Positions 13,927 through 24,498 of a stretch of DNA of 64,000 bases are shown one piece after another (positions within the stretch are counted from its first letter, which is position 1; each line of letters opens with the position of its first letter). The DNA comes from Neoconidiobolus thromboides FSU 785 (lineage: Eukaryota > Fungi > Entomophthoromycota): contig MU626270.1 of the NCBI GenBank assembly GCA_025603075.1, forward strand, positions 143,882 to 207,881. The letters are read 5' to 3'. Below the pieces are notes generated by a model. It had not been told where the DNA came from. It saw nothing but the letters and a program-made list of their open reading frames with translations, and searched no databases. The position numbers were made by a program, and so were the translations under genes.

Positions 13927-14480
13927 TTAATCCTCTTTAATTTCAGCCCACAATTGGTCAATCTCTTTGATTTTTTCTTGAATAAATTTAATCACTAATT
14001 TCCTTTGACTTCTTACTTCAGGTAAATGAGTACACTCAATATCATCCAGTTTAATTAAATTGGTTAATAGCAGTTCACTTAATTTAACGTGGTCTAATTT
14101 AATCTCTTCTTTTAACTTTGCAGTTTTTTCACCAGCTTTATATAAATCTAATTTGGTGATAAATTTAGGGTAGATCAACTCAATTTTACCTTCACTATCA
14201 GCTTTTATAGAGTTAAGCTTCTTTATGTGACGTTCTTCTTCTGTTAATTCGGGCTGCGATAGGGGAATTAGATTTACTATTTTTTTAAAAAATAGATTGT
14301 AATGAGTTACCTCCACTTTTTTAGTTTTCACTTTCTTATCATTGATATTTAATAAATAGTAACCTAAACCTACAACTATTATGGAGGCTATTACATAATT
14401 TATTGGTATCTTTATAGTAGTTTGTTAGTATTGTTAATTTTTGTTTTTATTTGATTCTTTACTTCATTTAGTTGTATCAT
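13927..14480 (-). CDS. N-terminally membrane-anchored BAG-domain Hsp70 co-chaperone (Snl1-like architecture)
   Basis: C-terminal KLSELLLTNLIKLDDIE...RSQRKLVIKFIQ is a BAG domain. Upstream in frame lies the hydrophobic YVIASIIVVGLGYYLL. A proposed 18-nt first exon (ATG 14480) joins through a 53-nt GT..AAG intron. Confidence 0.75.
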
Positions 14481-14795
14481 TTTGTAAAACTAACCAAGAA
14501 ATTTTAAGTCGAATTACCAAATTAAATTTGATTGAATTTTTCATGAAATTTAATTTCACTTAAAAATGTTAAATCATACTCGGTTTGTTTCATATCAACT
14601 GTCACATTTTTTCCACAATTTTGGTTAATAAATTTGACAACTAATATGAAACGAATTGAGTGATGATAAAGTACAATAAATCTTAATAAAGTAATATAAT
14701 AAAGTAGTAGTATAGCAAAATAGTAAGAAACATTTTTAAACTTCAAAAAAATCTAATTCTTTTAATCTCCAAAAAAAGTACTCAAAAAAAATAAC

Positions 14796-15290
14796 TTATT
14801 TCTTCTTAAACAATGGCCCACCAATATCTTTCCCTCTTAATTTAACGCCTAACACACGTTCAAGTTTACCGAGCAATTGTTGATTAGGTTGAGCACGACC
14901 CATTTCATAATCATTAATAATATTAGCTTTTTCGTTGACTTTTGTAGCAAGGTCTTTTTGCGTTAACCCTTTTTCTTGTCGAAATTTTTGAATTGTTTTA
15001 CCAACATCTAAGCTTAACAAAGCTGGAGCAACCGCATCTGTTTCAGCATCAATTTTAGCTTTACGTTGAAATTCAGCATCGGCGGATTTATTAGAACCTC
15101 CAGTGACTAAGGAAAATTTAATTTAGTTTTTCAGCATCAATAGCTTTTTTATAAAATATTAATACTTACATTTCTTTTCAGTAGATACACCACCAGCACG
15201 GAAGGCCTGATTAACAGCTGATGCTCCTTTAGCTACAGTAGCACGTTCTGGACGTTTACGAATTACAGTGACTTTATCCCAATCTTCCAT
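14796..15290 (-). CDS. MBF1: Multiprotein bridging factor 1 (2 exons)
   Basis: [13 protein letters not shown] start, plus an HTH region [57 protein letters not shown]. Confidence 0.95.
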
Positions 15291-15912
15291 GTTTTATTAA
15301 TTTTATCAAATTTTACTTTATTAAAAACTTCAAATCCAGTTTTTCTTCATCCTTTATATAGTTAGTCACCTCTCGAATTTGCTTATTTGCTTAGATCGAA
15401 ATTGTTATTGTTTTAAATTAGTAGTCTTGATTTGTTGATTTTTGGATAAATTGCAAAGCTTCGATGACATTGAAGCTGCGAGTTCAACGTTATTCTTGAA
15501 TTGCTGGTAAGCCTTTATTGGTAGGCTTAAACTTAATTTTATTCTAGTAAAATCTAGAAGAATTTATTAATTTAATAAATTTAAATGATCATGATTAAGC
15601 AATTTAAATATTGTATTAGATTTTAAAATATAAAACCAATAGATTAATTATAGCTACTTTTAAATGTTAGACCATAATATCAGTATGAAATTTTAAATAC
15701 CTATTTTAATATACTTAGTATCTCCAAGATATATGATTAATGAATAAATACAATTCTTTTTATTTAAATTTAAATAAACTAGAAAAATATTGAAAAAACT
15801 AAAACTGGCAAAAAACTATATAACAAAGTACTATTTATTTGTTACTAAGACTTTTCATAAGGGATGTTCAAGAAGAGAGTAGAGTATATCATATTAGGCC
15901 TAAACTTTCAAT

Positions 15913-18900
15913 TTAAGGTTTGGATCTCAATAAAGTAACTAAATGTTTTAAACCAGCGACCCAAGGTCCAACTTGATCAACATGAGTAGATACTAATTGA
16001 GAATGTAAGGAGATAGCATTGGCATAATCTTTTCTATCAAGGGCTATAAAGGATATCAGCATTATATATTTAATGATATGATAATATTAAAACTTACCTT
16101 TAGCAAACTCGGTTAAAGGAGATAAAATTGAAGGAGCTAAAGTATCTTGATTCATACTATCAAACAATTGATTCAATCGTTTTTCAACATCAGCAAACAT
16201 TTTCATTTGGAGTGGCGGCTATAAATTAATAAATTAATTTATACTAAATATCTTTATTAAATAGACTTACCAAAGCTAAACTTTTAAATGTAACAATATG
16301 TTTATTTAACATTTCATATAATTCCTTATATTTTGGTGGCATTTTACTTCTATCTAATGATACTACAAATTATTAATATTAAACTTAATATAATTAATAA
16401 TTAAATCACCGTTTTGTTTAGCTTGAGGTGGTGACAATACAGCTGATGATTGTTGTTGTTGTTGTTGTTGGAAAGGTTGTTGACGTGATTGTTGTTGTTG
16501 ATGGAAAGGTTGTTGTGGGTTACGTCCTGGTGCATGTCCTGGTGCATGTCCTGGTACCTGTCCTGGTTGTCCAGAAGGCACTCTTTGAGCAGGTTGAGAT
16601 GGTGGTGCAGAATGAGTTGGTTTAACTGGATTTGTTTGATATAAGGGTTTTTGTTGTGGTGGTGGTGGCATGTGGGATATAGGTTGCTGTTGTTGATTAT
16701 GTTGTTGGGGTGGTAAATGAGATGGAGGTTGCTGTGATTGATGATGTTGTGGTGGTAGGGGTGGTTGGAATCCAATGTTTTGATTTACATTAGGATTAAC
16801 GTTTTGTTCTTTATGCTGATAGAATGGTGTAGGTGCCTTTCCGCCTTTTGGTGGTGGTGGTAAGTTTTTGTTAACTCCTCCATAGGCTGGTGGTGCTGAA
16901 GTATTTTGATGGTTCGGAACAGGCATACTATTCATTGGTGACGGTGAATTAGCAAATGGATTAGTTAAAGCTGAAGCTTTGTTAGCATTGCTCTTATGTT
17001 TATTAGCAAATACTTCTGTTGGTGGATCATTCCATCCTGGTCCACCACGCTGTACTGAAGGTGGAGTAACACTTTCTTGAATTTCATTGATACTATTATT
17101 ATCATAGTTTGGATATGCGTTATTATTGAGAGTATTAGTATTAGTTGGTGGATAATTTGGATATGGGTTATATAAACTAGATATATCTGAGTTATTTGCA
17201 GTAGTATTTGTATTGTACAATGAATTGGCAGAAGTTTGACCTAAACCAGTTGGGTTATACAATTGATTAGTTGAGGTTTGATCTAATGGAGTTATATTGT
17301 ACAGCTGGTTGGTTGAACTTTGATCTAAACCAGCATTGCTATATAATTGATAGCCACCACCGTAATAAGGTTCTTGTGCAGTAGGTGGATATTGACTAGC
17401 AGTATTGCTATAGCTTGTTGCTTTTGGTTGAGTGTATTGTTGTTGAGCGACATTACTATTATTAGTACCAGTGCTGCCACCAATTTCAATATAATTAAAT
17501 GGGAAAGAGGATGGATCAAATGAACTTATATCAACGCCAGAGTAGTATAAACGATACTTAAGTGCTGAATACTCATCTAAGGAATCTTCATTTGTCTCTT
17601 TTCTATAGCTTAATGGAATCATATTGAGATACTTGGCAGCAATATCCAATAAACCTTGAGAAACTAAAAATTGAGCATACTCATAATAAAGTGAATAAAG
17701 AGTATTCAGTTTCTTATTCTTTTCAATCTCTTGCTCATTTTCGGCACTTGCAAAGTTGACTGCTTTAATATATAAAGATACTTTTTCAACTAATTCTTGT
17801 AAAATGTTACTATCATAAAACATCTGGTTTGAAGGTGATGGTTGTTCACCATTCAATTGACTATTTGGATAAACATTATTTTGCTTAGAAAGATAATCAG
17901 AAACCCAAATAGTAACTACTTTTTCAATATTTCCTGATAATAAGAAACATAAAAGAGCGTTCTTTTTATGTTCACTCTTATCGGGGCTATTAGCCAATCT
18001 AATACCAAGTTTCTCGGTTAATAAACCAAACTCTTCTCCTTGGGCATAAGTACAGAGCATGGTCAATATCTTTTCCCACTCTTCTAAATCAGCATTATGT
18101 ACAACATCCTCAAGGCTACCATTGACTACACCTTCTAATAATCTTACATAGGAAGCTTCATTACGGCGTAATTTAAATATCTCATTTTTTGTTTTTTCAA
18201 GTAACTCATTACCACTAACCATGGCAATCAACAAAGCATCAGCATATTGCTGATTATTGAGACATGCTTTGACAGCCGATTTATAATCTCCTACAATAAT
18301 TAGTTTAGATAATAGTGATTGTAAATCTGAATTTGAGCCAATAATTGAAAATGGGTCTGAAATTATTTCATTCTTTTTGTCTTCGGTTTGTCCGACAATA
18401 GGTTGTTCTTGAGTTTGGTGAGTTTTATTAAAGAAATCATCTTCATGGTCACCATTATCACCAAATAGATGATTATTACTTTCTTGATTAGCTTGTTGAG
18501 TTGCTTCGGTATTTTCTAGTTCATCTGGCTGTGCTGTTTCTTCAGTAGTCTCTTTTATTTCTTCTTTTGGCTCATCTGCACCTTCGCTTCCCTTATCCAA
18601 GTTAAAGTTGGCTAATTCTTCATTTAGTTTTTCAATAGAAAGATCTTTATTACTAATTAACATATCAACTAATTGTTTGCGTGAATCTTGTTCAAATAAA
18701 AGCTTAATGACATCCCAACTAAGTTTGTCATCAGGTGATTGTTCTATTCTCTTGTTAATAAATTCATCAATGTTTTCTTGTTCTAAAACTTGTTTCAATT
18801 CTTCTGCTCTTTCTTTAATGACCGGTTCAGACACAATATTAGTAACGCTGATGATAGAGCCTTTTGTATTATTAAATCTAGTTAATTGACCACCAAATCC

Positions 18901-20373
18901 AAAAGAGGCACCAACTGGGCGACGGAACCATTTTGGTGGTTGTTTTAATTTTAAGGTTGAGGTAGTAGTATTGGCACTGACATTAGAATTAAAAAAATCT
19001 TCGCTATTTTCTACTTCTGTTTTTACTTTCTCTTCATCAGATGATAGTATAGAATGAATCGTAACCTTAAATAAAATTAGTTAATAAAATCAGTTAATAG
19101 ATTAATACTTACCTTTCCATCAAAAGATGAAGAAGACAGTATATTTGGATTACGTGGAGACCATTGAATATCAAAAGCCCAGTTGTTACTTTGAGGAAGC
19201 TAAAAAAATAGATTAGATAGTAAACTTACTAGTAGTTATTTATCTTACTTCTCCTAATATCTCACCATTCTTTGGGTTCCAGCAAATATTACGGTTATCT
19301 TTACCACAACTTAATAAAAGATCGGAATCCATTGGACACCATGCTAAAGATAAAACACCTTTGTTATGGCCTGAAAACACTTTCTCTGGTGCATTAGCAT
19401 TTCTAAGATCCCATAGCATAATAACAGGATTATTATCATCTTCAGAAGCAGTAACTAATTGAGTTGCCTAAAATAGAATAATGAGTAAAAGCTAAAATAA
19501 TCAACGAAATAATTTACGGAATCTGGATTCCAAGCAACAGAAGTAACGCCACCATGAGAAAAGTTTGAGTTTCCAGATTGTTGATAACCCAAAGACATAA
19601 CTTCTCTACGATTCTTTAAATCCCAAATAACTGTATAACCAGAGTTGGAGCTTGTTGCTAAAATATGGGGTACTTTTTTGTTCCAAGATAAATCAGTTAC
19701 ATCTCCAAGTTTAGAACTTTTTGGCCCAGGATTATATGGTTTAGTTAAGTCCCCTAAATTCCAAATAAAAACCTAAAGTTATTTGATTATAAACTATTAA
19801 CTTAATGAATGAAACATTATGAATTACTTCTCCATTACCACCACCAGAAGCTAATAAATTAGCTTGGAATGGATTGAACTCTAAGCCTTTGACAGCTCCA
19901 CTGTGTTTATTTTGTCTAGAGATTAAACTTGCTTCTGAGCTATAAAATAAAATAAAACAAATTAGTATAAAATTTATGACATCAGTTTTTTGATTTACCC
20001 TTCACCAGCAAGAATTTTTTCTGGGTTCCAAAAATCTATTTCTCCATTTTCCATACCACCAGCAATAATACCAAGGTTATAATCTGATTGTGGTAAAGAC
20101 CAAGTTAAGCGATTGAATCTATATTACAATGTTAAAATTAGTAATTTAAAATATCTCTATTTTTGAATACCTAGCGTTACTAGTAACCACAGCAGCGGGC
20201 TCATTTAAGTCAGTTTGTTTAGTAGCCCAGTCCAGCTTAAAAATTTCCAGTTCAGTAGTATTAGAAAAATTTTCATCTAAAGCACCAGCTACAGTACCGG
20301 TAACAATAGCTTGGCAACTTTGTATTGGACTCCATGCAATCGTTGAAGTTCTTGATATCTCTTTTAATTTCAT
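15913..20373 (-). CDS. SEC31: COPII outer coat protein Sec31 (multi-exon)
   Basis: [16 protein letters not shown]...[14 protein letters not shown]40 exons ([43 protein letters not shown]), [19 protein letters not shown], a Pro/Gln-rich region with GWNDPP, and a C-terminus [12 protein letters not shown]...[15 protein letters not shown]. Confidence 0.95.
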
Positions 20374-21527
20374 TTTACTTTTTTTATGAAGTTTAAATAG
20401 AATCTTGAAATTTGGTTGTTTATTATCCTTTGTTAGTTGGAACCCTATAAATTTTATTACGTGGAATCTGACTCTTTCATTTTTCATTGGTTCATCTATA
20501 TTGAAGTTTGAAGTTTCTTGGTTTTATTGGCTTTTTTTTTAACTTTATTTTCTAAGTTTATTTTGATTTCATTACTAAAATTCATTCAAAGGTACAGTTA
20601 AATTATTTCCAAAAACAAGTTTATTTTAAAATAAGTTAAATGAATAAAACTATATATAAAAAGCTGTATTGCTTCTGAAGTCTTAAATTTCATAATTTCA
20701 TTTAGTTCATAATAATATTAATGTTTTTAAATCTGATTACAATTCAAATATTCGGTTCATTATAATAATGAATTTTATTAAGCTAAATATCCAAAGTATT
20801 CTACATTCTTATTGAACAAAAACTTTATGCTTAAAATACATCTAAATGTTTAAGTATCTTATAACGTAAATAGAGGAGAAGTAGGTGCTTCGAAACAAAA
20901 AAGCATTTTATTATGTAAGTGGGGCTATATTTGAAATATCATAACTTCAATGTTATCAATCACTTTTTATGTTTATATTTGTATTAAATAAATTTATTCT
21001 GCAGATAAGTTTTTATAAATAATTGTAATGATACTAATGGTATTGATTGTTTCGAACATTATAGACTGATATTCAATTTATTAGAGTAAATAGCAATGTA
21101 ATAATGTACCATAAAAAATAGTGATATAAAATTAAACTTATAGATAACGACTCTTTTAGTTAAATATACTTTCGAAAATAGCAATTAATTTGATATATAG
21201 CTGCTGCAACTCTATTTGTGACCTGATTAAACTACTCATTAAAAATATTTTTTTAATAAAATTAGGCTAAAGCTAAGATTAGGTGTCAAATAAACAAATT
21301 ACAAGCTCTAGAAATTAGCGCAAGCTAGATCTCAATAGAGTTGTAGCAACTATGCTTGGTAGCATTTACCTCTAGTTAAAAATTTTAAATCATGATCCTT
21401 TTGGATTTTACCAGATCAATATAAAATTACTAATAAAATTTAGATTTGTAATCAAATCATTAAGTCACTAAGCAACCAATATATAAACAAAAACTGAACA
21501 ATAATGCTTTTATAGGTTTAAACTGAA

Positions 21528-22475
21528 ATGGAGTCATTTAACATATTAGTTCAATATAAAGGAAACTCTACATCAATACAAGTTATTTCTGATTCAACAG
21601 TAGCATACATTAAAGAGCAAATAGCTTTAGAACTTCAGCTTGAAGAGAAATATTTAAAGTTGGTATATAAAAGGGTATTAAAAGATGAAGAGAGGGTAGA
21701 TCAGACCTCATTAAAAGACGGATCAAAAGTAACATTGATAGCCACACCAATTAAAGATATATCCAATTTACAACGTGTAGAAAAGGAGTTATATTTGCGG
21801 CCAAAGGCAACGGTAGCTCCAGCAACCCCTAGAAAGCAAGTTAATTTTGAAGAGCAAAAGTTATCCAAATATACATTTCATAAACTAGAAACCTTATCAG
21901 AGTTCCCAAACCGAGAAAAGGCGTATGAGTTTTTGCTAAAATTAAAACAAGACTTAGGAGTTGTTGAAATAATGAAAAAATATCAGTGGCAAGTTGGTAG
22001 CTTGATAGAGTTATCACCTCTTAAAAAGGAGATTTTGGGCTACAATAAAAACAAAGGACAAGTTATTGCTTTGAGATTAAGGACGGATGATCTTACTGGG
22101 TTTGTCAATTATAATCAAGTTAAAAAGGTATTAATGCACGAGTTAGCTCATATGATTCACTCAGAACATGATGCTAAGTTTCATGAGCTAAATAGAACCT
22201 TAAACAAAGAAGTAATTCAATTGGACTGGACAAAAGGAAAAGGCTCTAGAACATCGAATGCAAAAACTTATAATCCTAATAACACTTACTATTCTTCGCA
22301 TACTGCAAACAAAGACGGTCATCGATTGGGTGGTAAAAAACTTGACGTTAATGAGTTTAATACTTCTTTAGAGTTTAGGAGGAATCTTATTTCTAATGCT
22401 ATAGATTTACGATTAACAAAGGAAGAAGAGGAACTAGTTGAAGCATGTGGTGGGAACTCTGAGTATTCTCAATAA
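21528..22475 (+). CDS. Ubiquitin-like + WLM metalloprotease (Wss1/Wss2-like DNA-protein crosslink protease)
   Basis: N-terminal UBL (LKLVYKRVLKDE...LKDGSKVTLI). The WLM core is ILGYNKNKGQVIALRLRTDDLTGF...VLMHELAHMIHSEHDAKFHELN, with an HExxH zinc motif. Confidence 0.9.
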   Translation: MESFNILVQYKGNSTSIQVISDSTVAYIKEQIALELQLEEKYLKLVYKRVLKDEERVDQTSLKDGSKVTLIATPIKDISNLQRVEKELYLRPKATVAPATPRKQVNFEEQKLSKYTFHKLETLSEFPNREKAYEFLLKLKQDLGVVEIMKKYQWQVGSLIELSPLKKEILGYNKNKGQVIALRLRTDDLTGFVNYNQVKKVLMHELAHMIHSEHDAKFHELNRTLNKEVIQLDWTKGKGSRTSNAKTYNPNNTYYSSHTANKDGHRLGGKKLDVNEFNTSLEFRRNLISNAIDLRLTKEEEELVEACGGNSEYSQ

Positions 22476-22544
22476 AGTTTATTGCAACTTAAACATAAAA
22501 GGGTTATCAAATATAATTTTATTAAAGTTTAAAATAATTCAATT

Positions 22545-24027
22545 TTAATTACGATAAGGGTTTGGATATACTCCTGGGCTAGGTGGGACTTGTGATGGGT
22601 ATCCAGATGATTGTGGAGGATATCCAGAAACATGGGAAGGTGTAGGTGGATAAGAAGTATGGCCATATTGAGCAGAAGCAGTAGAATTATTGCTAATAGG
22701 TGGATAACTAGATTGGTGATGTTGTTGAGGTAAACTATTCTGTGGTGGATAGGGAGCACTGGCTTGTGGGTTAGATTGAGGAGTAGACTGATGAGAAGAT
22801 GGATAATAAGACCCCTGGCCATAACCTTGCTTTGGTGGAAGTTGACCGCTACTGGGATATGGAGATTGATTTTGTCCAATAGATACTTGGTTTAGTGGAA
22901 TACTTTGTTGTACAGGTGGATAGGAATTTTGTTGATGTTGAGCTGGCTGATGTTGAGCTGATTGCTGTTGATTTAGAGGATATTGACTCTGTTGATTAGT
23001 AGAAGCGGGTGTAGAATTTTGTATGTTACTAGATATTTGAGGGCTATCAGAATAAGTTGATTGTTGCGGGATGGGAGGATAAGAGGTTTGGGGTTTTGAC
23101 AAAGATGAAGCTTCTTGAGAATTCGTGTTAGGACCTCCTGAAGTATTATTTGAAGCATTTCCCAACTTTAAAGCATTAGTTCCCTCTAAAAGTTGATCTA
23201 AATAAAATTAAGATTAATATTTTTAAGGCTCTAAAATTGTTACCCATATCAGAATTAGAAAGTGTGTTATCATGTTTTGTATTATCTTTAATAAAATAGT
23301 TAGAGACATAATTTATGATGTTATGATTTTATTTACTTTCAGATTTTACATCCTTCTTCAAAGAGTGAAATAATTGATCAAGCTTGTTATTGATATCTCT
23401 TATTTCCTGTCTAACTTCTAAAAAATCTAAAGTATTTATTTTATTATTATTTGAATAAAAGTTAGAAAGTTGAGCCGGTAATTCTGGGAATGGATTTTTT
23501 TCATGATCTAAATAAAGTTTAATGATTGTATCTATGTTATACATACTCATTACCATATACTAATATTTTAATAGTATTTGATATAGCCATTGCATGGTTG
23601 ATATCAATATCATCAGTTATTGACACTAGATCATTGTCTATCAAAATATTAATAAATCATTAACACTATACATAATTTATTCACAATTATGGAATAAATT
23701 TGAATCAAATTAATCATTACCTTCGTCGATATACTTCAACACGATATTATTAAGATTGGCAGGGAGTCTACTTCTAAACAGACGATGAACCAAAAAAAGA
23801 AGTCTAAAGCTTGTTAATACAACTTATTTTAAATCTATTATTGCTACTCATCAAAAGTGGGGACATTATGAATAGTGACTCTGCGAACTTCACCTCCACA
23901 TTTACCTATAGAAAATTTATTTTTAACAAAACATAATTGTAAATTATATATCAATACATTTAATTGAAATAGCACTATTTTGAACAGGCAACATTTGTCT
24001 AATACTTTGATATTTGTTTGCTTCCAT
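22545..24027 (-). CDS. TFG: TFG (Trk-fused gene) orthologue: PB1 domain + coiled coil + Pro/Gln/Tyr/Ser-rich tail (multi-exon)
   Basis: Splicing introns 23957-23906, 23847-23804 and 23720-23638 gives SIKCKCGGEVRRVTIHNVPTFDELLFLVHRLFRSRLPANLNNIVLKYIDEDNDLVSITDDIDINHAMAISNTIKILV. Then come the coiled coil FLEVRQEIRDINNKLDQLFHSL and a disordered P/Q tail ending PPSPGVYPNPYRN. An alternative in-frame ATG lies at 24135. Confidence 0.85.
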
Positions 24028-24498
24028 TTCGTTTAAACTTATTTTATTTGTTTCTTTTGTTTGATTCATGTTAAAAGTCATAATTGAACTTATCTTAATT
24101 TTAGCACTAAATACCTTTTCCTTTTTATTGGTCATGACGATTTATCAGTGTTTTTTAGCTTTTGTTCTAGATAAATTTTTTTCTCATTTTTAGCCTCAAC
24201 TATTTTAATATTATAGTCAAATATTATTTTAATAACACAAGTCTAATAAAATATTGAGGATTTTTTCTCTTATATTTTCAAACTGTTAATAAATAAATTT
24301 TAATACCAGCTACTAGGATAGTCTATTTTATTAACATTCTATTAATAATCACTCTATAGAAAAACAGTTATAAATAAGCACAATACAGATTATTGCGCAG
24401 TACCTATTTTGCATTAATTCTACCTTAAATGGTAAATTTTGTTAAATATCAAACTTTTAAGGATTTTACTTCTTAAATGTCAAAATAAGATTGATAAC

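Noticed and set aside
14522-14746. 74-aa minus-strand ORF between MBF1 and the BAG gene
   Set aside because: AT-rich, no recognisable motif and not needed for either gene model; probably promoter or UTR sequence.
15430-15530. Short GC-richer patch with a GTAAG, considered as an exon or ncRNA
   Set aside because: No start-containing frame or splice partner could be built and no stable structure was evident.
16401-18889. Several alternative-frame and antisense ORFs over SEC31 (His/Asn-rich 124 aa, Val-rich 65 aa, 93 aa)
   Set aside because: Shadow ORFs produced by the (CAA)n and Pro/Gln-rich codon bias of the real SEC31 exon; no independent coding signal.
20374-20487. In-frame upstream ATG extending SEC31 by 38 aa
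   Set aside because: The conserved Sec31 start is MKLKEI at 20373, and the extension looks like AT-rich 5' UTR; it cannot be supported without transcript data.
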